Source: Dipteris shenzhenensis (Eukaryota). From it: DNA of 64,000 nt. The stretch lies in NCBI GenBank assembly GCA_047967505.1, contig CM106538.1; one strand, written 5' to 3'. Made by a program: the position numbers and the translations under genes. The notes under the pieces are model-generated. The model saw nothing but the letters and a program-made list of their open reading frames with translations. It ran no database searches and had not been told where the DNA came from. Of this stretch, positions 12,701 through 24,236 are shown piece by piece. The number at the start of each line of letters is the position of its first letter. Position 1 is the first letter of the stretch.

Positions 12701-15700
12701 CATCACTATGAACCAAATAAAGCTTGCGTGAGGCACCAACTCTCCCATCCTTGGGAAACGCAACACAGTGCATCTTACCAAGCAAGCATGGTTCACAAAC
12801 ATGCTTTGAAGGCATATGCATTTTGGGAAGATCAATAACCATACCATCCTTATATAACTTCACCAAAGGTCCAAGTTGAGGTGTCCAAAACTCTCATGCC
12901 AAAAATGAGTATCTTCCATGGTAGAATCAAGAGCAAAGGCAAGTGTAGCATCATCCAAACACCTGTCATATGCATCAAGTCTATGAAGACCTCTAGTCAA
13001 TGTGCCAGTCAAGACCATGGTAAAGGCATGTGTAGCATCATACTCTGCACACCTAACACCATAAAAAAGAACCTGATAGCCACATGTAGCTATGGCTGAA
13101 ATGGAAATGAGGTTCTTGCGAATGCCTAGAACATAAAGCACATTCTTTGAGAGTATCGGAGGATGGGCTCATCATCAAACCTCGGTATCTGGAGGACAGA
13201 AGAGTCTCACACGAGGATTGCCATCGGACAGATGCGGGTCTCGTCCCATCAGCTAAGGATCGAGGCAGGAAGAGCTGCAGGCATACCCAGAGAGCAACGG
13301 ACTTACAGGTTATGCACGATGGGGGCGGTCGAGACAAAGCAGCATTTTTTCTGTGTCTGCCCAGCCTACTATGAGATCCGAGGGCGCTACCACTGCCTTA
13401 TACAGGAGGGACACGGCTTTGGCCCACTCTCACGACTGATCCACTTCCAAGACCAAGTTTGTATTGGGCTCTACCTGCTGATGGAGATGCGACGACACAA
13501 AGAGACTACTACGACATATCAGAGAGCAGCAGGATGGGACCACCGCACCACAAGGCACTGAGGTAGATCGAGCGCAAAGACAGGTCACGGATTTCTATGC
13601 ATTTGACTCAGCTCCAGGCACTCTGGGGAAGACGAGGAGGAGCTAGCCGACATGAGAGATGTATGGATCAGTGGAAAGAGCCGACATAGCACTGCTGGGC
13701 GAGGGACACAGAGACCGTACACGACGCGACAGGCGACCAGAGCACACAGGATCGAGGTTCGATCTATTTCAGCTCTCCTCAGGGGAGATCGATCGAGGCG
13801 AGGCGTCACCCTTGACATAGCCCATCGGAGACAGAGATTGAGGAGACCACGCACTCCACCACGGGAGACAGCCCGACAGATGCAGATACGTGAGCTCTTT
13901 GCATCTCATCAGAGAGCCACCATGGAGCCTGGATACGTGGAGCCGATTCATGCACTTGGGACTCTAGCTCTAAGCACTTGATATTTGCATGCCACCCTCA
14001 TGCTATTTTGCTACTTTTTTTGCTATTTCGTACTAGTATAGCATTTTAGTACTCAGCAAGGGCCTTAGTGAGCCCTTTGCCCTAGCCCACAGTGGCCTCT
14101 ATGAGTTACTTGATTCCGTACTTTTTCCCATAGGCCCGCGAGGCCTCCTGCAGCGGACATTAATTTTTCTTTCTTTCTTTCTTTCTAGAGTGACAACAAC
14201 ACCACATACAGAAGTAAGAGCAACTTACCCAATACCTTTCACGGTATATGATGCATTATTGGCACATGTGACACTGCTCCCCAGAAATGTATGCTCTAAC
14301 GAGCTGAATAACTTCCGGCAAGAAGTGATGTGCTTGCTAGCACCACTATCAAAGAACCAAGCATCATGAACATCTCAAACTATCATGCAAGCATCATGAA
14401 CATCAGGATTATACCGACATGTAACCAAGAAAGCCCAATGCTGGTCTTGTGCAAAATTAGCGGTTTCATGTCGATCTTCTGCACCACAAGAACCAAATAC
14501 TGCAAGACCACATTCTTTCTTCTTTTCAGATGCAATCCGTTTCCTGCATTCAAAAATATCATGCTGAGGTTTCTTGCAATAGTTACATCTCTTCTTCTTT
14601 TTGTTATCCCCTAAAGAAGAGGCACCATGTGAATGATCAGCATGAAAATGAGGGGGTTTAGCAGCTGAAACCTTGCCTTTGCCTTTGTCTTTATGCTTGG
14701 CAGCAAAGGCTTGGTCACCAGCCATAAAAGCATTGCGATTTGCACGACTTTGTTCCTCCTTGAAGGAGAAGAGCAACCAGCTGGTCAAATGAGAAATGGT
14801 TGGCATTGCCACCTGCAACCAACCTCAATGTAGTAGCAAAGCGTTGATAAGAATCGGGCAACCCATCAAGGGTATTAAAAACAAGCTGAGAATCAGACAT
14901 AATCTCATCAATGTTGGCCAATTGCTCTTTCAAATCCTTCACATTAGTGAGAAAGGCATCCATGTTACCACCCTCTTCAAGCTTCAAATCTTTCAACTGC
15001 TTACGGAGATAGGCAACCCTCGCCTCATTCCACACCTAATACAAGGATGCAAGCTGATCCCATGTTGCTTAGCTGTATTGCAAGACCGGATATGAGGGAT
15101 AATAATCCGTTTCACTGAAATAGCAATCAAGGCATGTGCTTTGGCATCACAACCATCCCACTGAATCTACTCCTGTGTAGGAGCCAAAGTACCTGTAGCT
15201 GCAGGTGCTCTCTAGAAGTAGCATTAGAACCATCACCTAAAGACCCATCCCTGAAGTAGAACCAAAGGCGGTAGGTGTAGCACCAGAAGCGGCATTACGT
15301 GTAGGCCTGGCCTCAGAACCTGAAACAATATGCCATAGATTCTTGGCAACCAAAACATGTCCATCATGTATGACCACATGGGAAAATTGGTGCCATCAAG
15401 CTTGTCATCAGCCCCAAGCATCCCAAACAAATCATCCTTGCTGCTAGTAATGGTGCTGAAATTCAAGACAAATGCATCAACTAGCAAAGCAAATGAGAGG
15501 AAGGCAGCCTCTCCACATCAAGTGACAAAATTCTGTTCAAGCTTCAAAGCTTATCCCTGCAAAAGACTCTGTTGTCCTAAGGTGTACCTGTTGCAAGAAA
15601 AATCCCCAAAAGGCAACACGAGGCCTTTCAAGGCAACACGGGGCCTTTCCAAAATGCAAATGAAGAAAAAATTGGAAAGAATCAATGCAACAACGGTTTA

Positions 15701-16737
15701 ACCAATGATGTATCCCGAAAGGACAGCAGTGAAAAAGCTCTAAATGCGAGCAGAGAGTTTCACCCTTGAAGGAGAGGTGAAAATGAGAGCAAATGGCAAT
15801 GTGAAAAGCCAATAGAGGGCTGGAAATGAGAATTACAGCAAGAGAAAGTGCTCCCACGAGGAGAACAATTCCAAATGAGAAAAGGGTGATCCAATGGAGG
15901 GAAACTCGCAACCCGAGGCAAAGGATAGCCAATGGAAGAAAAAAGGGCTCAAGGAGAGATCTCCAAATCACTTCAGCAATCTCCAAGAAGCATCAACAGC
16001 CGGCACGCAGCACGAGGCAGCAAGAAACACCTCTAAAATGCAGGCATGAACATCGAGGCAGGTTCAAACAACCTTCCGGTGCATTAAAAGCAAGTGCAGC
16101 AGGTCCGTACAGCGTGTACGGACTTTACGAATGGCCGTACAGTCGCCGCACAGCAAACAACTGCCACATGTGCGAATTGAACAAGCCGTACAACTGTACG
16201 GATTCCATACAGCAGGTAGCAGCAACACGTGTGAAGGAATTTCTGAGAAAAAAACAGCTCCCTTAGATGCTCCAAAATGTGGTCTTCTCGTGTCAAAATC
16301 AGGGTTTTCGTGACAAAAGTTCTTGGAGAGGCCTCAAACACTCATGGGTGTGTAGAAACCAGCAAAAACAGCAGGAATGAGGGCTCAGCAGGCTGCCAAA
16401 AAGCTTGGGAAAGCTGTCAATGGCTAAGGGAATGGATTCCCGACTTGCTCTGATACCACTGTTGGCTATGGCAAGCAATGGAAGCTCAGAAATGAGTGAT
16501 AGAAGGGTCAAAACGAGCTGCTGTATTGAAAATGCTGCTACAATGAGTGGAGGCTCAAGAGAGACCCAATATGACAAAACCCTAGGGCTAAATGCCCTAA
16601 CTGGACTAAGTGTCCTAACTTACCTAGGTGGTACATGTACTAACTGTACCAATAGTCCTAACGGACTATAACTAGGCCTACAAGGCACATACCAAGGAAT
16701 AAGTGTCACCTATGGATAGCCCATAGAATGGCCTACA
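9729..16737 (-). mobile_element. Full-length degenerate Ty1/Copia element: LTRs 9729-10006 and 16460-16737 (278 bp), TSD GTTTG
   Basis: PBS 16447-16458 and PPT near 10009. Domain order gag (CNYCKKPQHDIFEC), PR, IN (HSDVCGP), RT ([13 protein letters not shown]), RNase H (TKHIEV). About 19 LTR differences counted by eye. GTTTG at 9724-9728 and 16738-16742. Confidence 0.95.
13155..14186 (+). mobile_element. 5'-truncated RTE-X-like LINE inserted in the Copia pol
   Basis: RVSSHQLRIEAGR...PREQR..LC...HFFCVCPAYYEIR. 3' stem-loop at 14125-14164, (TTTC)n tail, probable TSD AGAGT (13150-13154 and 14187-14191). Confidence 0.9.
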
Positions 16738-19020
16738 GTTTGAAGCAAAGGTCAACGAAATTGATATTCAACAGGAGATCAAGGAACATGAAGCCAGACA
16801 AATCAGAATTGGGGGGCTCCCAAAAGGATGGTACAAGGAGGAGGACTCATTCAATGATACCCTAGCAAATGTCAAAGCAGCCATGTCCGACAACATTGAT
16901 TGGACGGCTGATGAGGATGACAAGCTTGACAATTCTAATGATGATGGTGAAGCTAGAACAATCTTTATTGCCGAGAGTAAAGGTCATGCTGGCCTTACGT
17001 TTAATTCACGAGATTTACGACTCAAGATTCTACGACAATCTTACGACTCAAGATTCTACGACAATCTTACAAGCTGAAAGGTACTAAGCTATGGATAGCC
17101 GACGAACTCACAAGAGCTCAGCTGAAAGCTAAAGCAACGGAATTAGCCAAAGTTAAGGCTGCCACAAAGGATGGTAAATGGGCATGTACTGTGGAGAAAT
17201 AGCGCTTATTAAGGAGTTTTTAAAAAAACCAAGACTCTGAGTCGTATGGCTGACTATATGTTTTTCTAGGATATAATCTACGTACTCTAAATAAATGGAG
17301 TTGCTTTATGCACTCTCAGGGAGCTACCATGTGCCCTCCCTAAGCTGATGTACTGGATGGCTTTCAGTACATGGCTTTTATCTATTGTCCCATAGACCTT
17401 TGGTCTCCTATGGATGTTAATAGACTCTCTCTGTCTCTCTCTCTCTCTCACACACACACACGCACATGCGAGCAAACTAGACATAGTTTCATGCTGTTTC
17501 ACACAACGTAAGAGGCGGGCTTTCCTCTCACATAGGCTAGATGAGGTGATTCGCTCTTTCCAAGGAGGGGGCCCATCACCCCACTATTGCATGGGGGCTT
17601 CTCTCATAGGGGAAGCCATCATTCCAATCACGAACCCGGCTATCTAGCACACATACGCCACATTGCTCTATGATGTCCTCCCTACCCAAGCCCACCACAT
17701 CCACCTGGTTTACCAACATGGAATCATTGCACTGACTCCATAACAGCAAAGCCTCGAACCGCGAGGGGCTACGACCCTTGAGGCTCCTAGAGCAAGGCTT
17801 TTTCCTAAGGACCTTTTGTAGACTTTAGTCTAACAATGCTAGTTCAGTTGGGATACGCTAACGAGACAAAGTTCTTTCTATAGATTTGCTCATTTTCTTT
17901 CTTTATAGATCAGTTGTACAAATCCTATGATCAGAGAGCACGATGCTATTTCTTTTTATTAGAGTTGCCTGCTCAGATTAAGTGATTCTTAGCCTGAAGC
18001 ATTTTGATGTTTGACTAAAATGCGAGAGACACACGCACGAGAGAGAGAGAGAGAGAGAAGCTTTTTAGAGGTCATTCTCAAGACTTGCCCAGATGGCAGA
18101 TATGCTCAGAAATGAGTAAGTTTGCAGCGTTTCCCCGTCTAGCCCTGCGTTTGTTGTTGCAATCTTATAGCATTGCAGGTGCCCCAGTGGAGATGGATTT
18201 TTTCCCTCTCCACCTGGGCATTATAGGGCTGGTTCTATTTTCAGTTTGAAATCGTCACTTACGTTGAAAGAATCGTCTGAGGGTTTGCAAATTTGAGCAG
18301 GCAATATTTGAATACCCATTTTGTAGAATTATATTTAATGTTATATCATTCAGACATACTGGATATATTACTCCTCTTGAGGAGAGGTACATAGATTTTC
18401 AAAGCAGATCCCTTCTTGCTCTTAAGGAGCAATATTGCAGCTTGTGGAGGTCCTTGACTTTTGTCAGCTAAAATAGGAGATACAAGGTTGTTAGTGCATC
18501 ATATTTCCATCACGAAATCACCTTCATCAACAATCGCCATATGATTTCGTCGCGTACAATGAGTACAAGCAACATGAACAACAAAATTTCTTAAGGAAAG
18601 GACATCAAAACAACCACAAAGTGATAATTCCTCTGTTTATTTGCTAAGGATGGTTTATGCCACATGTTCATTGCTTTATGCCTATTAGAATTTAAGGCAT
18701 GTCACACACAATCTATAACTTCTACTTACTCCTCTATCTTGTTTAACAAACCTAGTCCTGCAAACTTCCTTACTTCAATGGAAGTTGGTGCAATGAGCTC
18801 TTACCATCTGAAAAAGATCCCAAACAAATTTTTTTTGGGGGGGGGGGGTTTGGATCGTTTTTTTTCCTTTTTAAATTTTCTACTTATGTTCATCATATGA
18901 TTTCCACCATGTTTTCTTCACGATGAAGGATCCATCATGGTGGGCCTCAAATACAAGAGGGAATATAAAACTGAGGCGCATGAAAAAAATGGAGAGATGT
19001 GTAATGAGAAATTATCATAC

Positions 19021-19168
19021 CTGTGACCCATCCCATAGTTGGCCCCAATAAACACTCCCAAAGCTCCCTTCTCCAAGCTTATTATCATAATTAAAATTAT
19101 TGGTCGCAGCGTGCAGTTCCTTTAAAGAAAATATTCGCCAGCTATTGTATTTCTTCTCTACTGGAGAC
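19021..19168 (-). CDS. Coding exon 2 of the kinase: SPVEKKYNSWRIFSLKELHAATNNFNYDNKLGEGSFGSVYWGQLWDGSQ
   Basis: Manual translation of the reverse strand shows the Gly-rich loop GEGSFGSVY. AG acceptor at 19170-19169, GT donor at 19020-19019. 148 bp = 1 nt + 49 codons. Confidence 0.95.
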
Positions 19169-19559
19169 CTATAAGACATTTGACAACAAAGAGCAAATTA
19201 ATTACAAGAGATACTGCATCACAATCAAGAAGAGGCACATCAAAATGAAATCTTCACTTTCTTTTGTTTCCCCTTTATTCTCTCTTCTCTCAGTTAAAGA
19301 ACTAAAAGCCTTTCATCACTATTTCTCCTATTAGCTTTCACTCCTTGATGATACAACGTACAAGCATGGACACACTAGCACCTGCCCAACCTAAATAAAA
19401 AGTGGGACTTCCTACTGACGCTTTATAAATGCAGAACTTTGATAGACACTGTCAAACTATGACTATGGCAACATGCACAAGGGGTATTGATCCTACTAGA
19501 TCAAGCATCGGTGTATCTGCAAACAACAACACCATACTCATGCAATCTTGTGAAACATT

Positions 19560-22220
19560 CTAGTCGACTTGCAAGGTAGGAAATCAATGCAAGCCTTTGT
19601 TAGACATTTGGCACCTATTAAAAATGTGGTGCTTGGCTTATCAAAAAGGAGGTAACCTCCTCGAGCACCTGCTGTACACTCCAGTGTCTCTCCCACGAAG
19701 GGGTCCAGGCCGTTGTGTCCATCTAGATGCAGACGTCCTATCCTCGTGGTGTACGAGAAGAAACACACCTTCTCCACTCTCTCTGAGAGACCTGCTTTGA
19801 CCGACCATAACCACTCTCCGGGGTCCCACTATATCTCGTTGAGAGGGCATCCCTCCCATAACCATAGTCTCCAGTGGGGGGCATCTAGGTCTGTGATGCA
19901 AGAAGGGTCGATCGACCACTCCTTGCCCAAACGTCCCACTACTCTGACCCTCTGCCAACCCACCTAGCCTAACACCCCGTCCATCTCCTAATCCCCTGTG
20001 ATCCAAGGCTACAGTAGTCTGCCCGGTCCCACATCATAGAACCGCGCACTCGTGGGGGCTGGTGGCTGCGAGCACAGTTGAATCCTCAAAGGTACACCCG
20101 TCCTAGAGAACTGTCCTAGCCAGTGTGCCGGAGTGAAAACCTGCAGTCCCTCCCTCCAAGAGTCCGGAATAGCTGCCTCTATCTCCACCAGCCTTTGGCC
20201 GGCCCCTCTCAGATGAGAAAGGACCTCCAATCGTGCCTCTGCCTCTGCTGGGAGTCTAGACCATGTCCGCAAGGAGTGAGCCGGGCTGCTGCCCCACTAT
20301 GCCCAGCCAATGTGTAGCCGCTGCCCTAGCATCAAACCATCCTGGTCTCTAACCTCCGGGTGCCAGATAAGGCGTGCAAACTCCTCTGCATACCAAGGGC
20401 TTACTCGGATGAGACCTCCTAAAATCTGCTACCAGACCCTCAAGAGACTCCTCATCAGGGGTGAGCCCTTCCCCGTGAGAGGGGCCTCTGAAAAGATCCA
20501 CCTATGGGACGGTTGCCACTAACCACCTGTGCGGGGGGTGTTCCTCAAGAGACCGCGCTACAAGAGAAGTTTCTAGGGCTCCATGCCTAGAGTGAGACCC
20601 CTGACTATCAACTTGCCCTACAGGGCTCTGCTCTGCATCTCTGAATCTATAATACCCAAGCCTCCTGTGCCTGTGGTGGTATCATTGTCTGCCATGCAAC
20701 TCTAGCTCTGGTGTTGTGAGTGCCATCTGATCCTCCCCAAAGGAAGTTATGCACCAAGCGTCTCAACTGTCCCATGCAACCCCTGTGAAAACACCAGCAA
20801 GAGGCTATATACCAGGCTGTGGCCAACAGGACCTGGTTAGCCACCAAGGGCTTACCTGCTAGAGAGAGTTTGGTTGAGCTCCAGTAAAGAAGCTTGCACC
20901 TCATGCTCTCATGGATCGGGGCTATCTGCTGCTCTGCAGAGATGTCAATGCCCACACGGCATCCCAAGTACCTCGCCGACTGGCCACTTGGGATCCACCT
21001 AAAGCCTACCAATGTGCTCCGCCGAAGAATCTCCTCGGACTCCTCAGTCACTGAAAGAAAACCAATTGATTTGCCCCAATTGATCCTTGTCCTTGAGACG
21101 GTGCAATAAACCTCAAGAGTCCCCTTGACCGCATCCAAGCTCTCCTCCGAACCCTCCACGTACAAGGCCGTATCATTTGCAAGCTCCAAGTCCAGAAGCT
21201 CCTCCTCCTGTTTGATCAGTAGCCTCATCCCTCTGAGGCCAACTGTCTACGACCTCAGGAAATAGCCCAACGCCTCCACGACAAAGAGAAAGAGGAAGGG
21301 AGCCAGTGGGCAGCCCTATCTCACGGAGCCGGTGAGCAAGAAGGCCTCCCCGGTGAAACCACCAATCAACATCTGACTGGAACTCCCTGCATACAAGGCG
21401 GGGGCCCCTCTGATCCACCTGTCTGAGAAGCCTAATCTCTGCATCGTGCCCTCCAAGAAGGACCACTCTACCCAATCGTAGGCCTTCTCAAAATCCAGCA
21501 GCAAGACCGCAAGGGGCTGCGCCTCCTCCCTGGCCCAATCCAGCGCCTCCCAAAAGGTGAAGATGTTGTCGAGAATGCTACGCTCCTGGACAATCCAGCA
21601 CCTTCCTCCTCCCAAAAGGTGAAGATGTTATCGAGGATGCTATGCTCCTGGACAAAAGCTGTTTGCGAGTTGTGGATGATGTCGACTAGATGGGATTGTA
21701 GCCGCAAACTCAAGACCTTGGCTAAGATCTTGTATGCGGTGTCTAGTAGAGTGATCGGTATCCACTGTCAAATGTCCGAGCGGCCCCTTCCCTTCAGGAT
21801 CAAACAAATCCAGCCTCAGCTCAGGGACGGTGGGAGTGCTCCTGAGTCAAAGATCTCCTAAAAGGCCAGCCGAAGGAGAGCGCACAAAGGGCCAAAAGCT
21901 CCTGAAGAAGACAAGGACAACCCATCCTCCCCTCGGCACTTCTGAGTTGGAAGTGCCCTAAGAGCTTCCCGAAGCTTGTCATCTGCGAAGGGAGAATCCA
22001 ACTGGCCACTCACGCCCTGAGAGACCACAGCTAGGACATGCTCCCATATCGCCTCGCGGGCCTCCTGCACCTGGGGGACTCCTCCTCAACCTGAAAAAGG
22101 TGTCGATAGAAATCCGAAGCCAACCCCATAATCTCATGAGGGTCCGAAACCACCCTGCCGCTAGCGCCTCTCAGTCTCTGCAACTAGGCACCTGCTGACC
22201 TAGGCCCCAGCGCCACCAAA
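19560..22220 (-). mobile_element. Degenerate L1-clade LINE ORF2 fragment (RT and downstream region)
   Basis: SQTAFV, ILDNI, LLLDFEKAYD, GSVR-GCPLAP, ANDTAL, RYLG and FLWGG motifs. Both ends are truncated. Confidence 0.85.
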
Positions 22221-23332
22221 GCCTATATTGCCAAGATCTCTTCAGGATCCATTTCAGTTCCTTTTCCGAAATGAGTTATATTATATCCAGTTTATGGGTT
22301 TGAGCAGCTTATGCCAAAGAGAAGAAGTGTCAAAGACTACTTGTATATCCTTTATGAATTGAAGATTTAGATCCATGAAAGATTCAAGATCAGACCCAAT
22401 TTGAGGGTAGTATGTTCAAAGTTGGCAAGTTGGTAGTCATGCGCATGATTTTATGATCTTCAATTAGGGAATTGAGTTATGATAAAAAGTCATGATAATC
22501 AGTTATGTTCTTATGGAGGATGAGATGATCAAGTATCCGATCTTTTATGGTGGGATTCCATGTGGTCATTAGTGACCATTATTTCAATTTCAAGTTATAT
22601 TATCAGAGGAGTTTCAGTTATGATATTCATTTTTGTTGTTTTCTTGTTATGGAGCATGACATGCTCAAGTATCAGCCCTCAATATCGCAGCATTTTATGG
22701 TCATTATTGACCCAGCATTTTCTTCAAGATTCTATTATTCAATAGTTTCCATTGGGATTTGTTTTATACAATAACTCTTATGGTTTCTCATGGATTATTA
22801 TGGTCAAAGAAACAGAGTTTTACAGTCATCTGTTAGTTATATGTCCTTTTGGAAAGTTTGAGAACCCTCCAAGTTTGCATCTAACCAGCACAGTAAGTGT
22901 TTGGTAGCAAGAAGACCATGGAAAATTGGGAGCACTTGTGTAGTAAATGGAATATATTTCAGAATAGTTCTTTCTAAAGCCATTCCAAGAGGAGGTACAC
23001 ACTGCTTGGAAACAGTATCAATATATCTGCAAATCACTCCATCAGAGAAGACTCGAGGAATAAGTCAAAGAAAGGCTCCGAGAAATATACAAGGCTAAGT
23101 ATCTCTTTCATGTTGATAAAGTTTGACTTATGTTTATTTGAAGATCTAACCCTTGTATGACAATGCAAGGAGAAAATTGAAGTCTTCCCTTTTTATTTGG
23201 GTTTAAAGATGGAGTTGCAGCCAAAGAAGCCAAGGGGAATACAGAGCCCTTGGAAGAAGCAATCATTTCAGAAGTAACTCTATCCGGCTTGTGAAAGTCA
23301 AAGAAGCAGCAGTCAAGTCCAAGTGAAAGAGG

Positions 23333-23460
23333 CATGGATTTGCCAAGAAAAAAGGACATATAAGTACCAGATGGGAAACTTCTCTGAGTGTATCTGGCAT
23401 GGATTTGCCAAGAAAAAAGACATATAAGTACCAGATGGGAAACTTCTCTCAGTGTATCTA
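23333..23460. repeat. Tandem repeat, 2 copies of ~62 bp
   Basis: gcatggatttgccaagaaaaaa(g/a)gacatataagtaccagatgggaaacttctct occurs twice. Confidence 0.85.
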
Positions 23461-23654
23461 CAGACATTATGTTTCTTCTTAGAAACAGAGATATCAAGAG
23501 CTTTTTCGTTCCAAGGAATTTGGACCAAGAATATTGATATGATCGAGAATGGCACCGGATCGAAAGGACTCAAGTGGGTTGATCATAGCAAGAGGATTAT
23601 TGCATAGGAGTGGCATGGAAAACGCACGGATGGAATAATCAATCACAGAATCAG

Positions 23655-23940
23655 AAAGAAGGGCCTATGGCTGCCTAGTTCTCTTAAAGAGCAAGAAACA
23701 CCAAGAAAAAGAAGGACCTATGGCTGCACAGTGCTCTTAAAGAGTAGGAAATGCCAAGAAAAAAAGGGCCTATGATTGCCAAGTGCTCTTAAAGAGCAGG
23801 AAACGCCAAGAAAAAGAAGGGCTTATGTCTGCGCAGTGCTCTTAAAGAGCAGGAAATGCCAAAGAAAAGCAAGAATCTCCGTGCAGAAAGCAAGTGCTTT
23901 AGATGCAAAAAGAGGGGCATATGGCTGCCTAGTGCCCTGG
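23655..23940. repeat. Tandem repeat, 4 copies of ~54 bp plus a partial copy
   Basis: Unit is approximately aagaagggcctatggctgcNNagtgctcttaaagagcaggaaaNgccaagaaa. Confidence 0.85.
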
Positions 23941-24236
23941 AAAACCACTGGGCCAAAAGAAGAGAATGCCACAAGACCGATCTAAGTCAACAATCGGGAG
24001 TTATCAGATTCCAAGATCCACTTTAGATGGAAGAGATGGATGAGATCCTCTAGCAAACAGAATGCGGACCGCACACAAAAGAAAAGCACCCAGAGGCAAG
24101 TTTATCTGCAGGTATCTTGCCAAGTACCAGAACTATTAGGTAATTGATGTCAAGAGATAAGGTATCCTCAAGTTTTACAGCTATATCAAGAATCTTTTTA
24201 GTGGAGGACAACTGATTAGAAGCCTAGGGGATGTCA

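Larger units (their letters stand above)
9297..17421 (+). mobile_element. ORF1-only element, copy 2, split by a Copia insertion (9297-9728 and 16738-17421)
   Basis: Colinear with 6717-7680 on both sides of the Copia. The ORF is disrupted by stops and a ~26-bp tandem duplication near 17014-17070. Ends in a stem-loop (17387-17421) and (CT)n. Confidence 0.8.
22225..24236. mobile_element. Unclassified non-coding, repeat-rich segment (element C), probably LTR/leader sequence interrupting Gypsy A
   Basis: Ends in TGTCA exactly where the Gypsy A pol stops. Contains internal tandem repeats and no recognisable ORF. No TSD found. Confidence 0.4.

Noticed and set aside
18130-18600. Possible extra exon or gene fragment in intron 2
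   Set aside because: The frames I translated contain stops and no recognisable motif. Exons 2 and 3 already join without a gap.
23655-23940. CRISPR-like appearance of the 54-bp array (also 47316-47424)
   Set aside because: The units are contiguous tandem repeats without unique spacers, there are no cas genes, and the context is eukaryotic.
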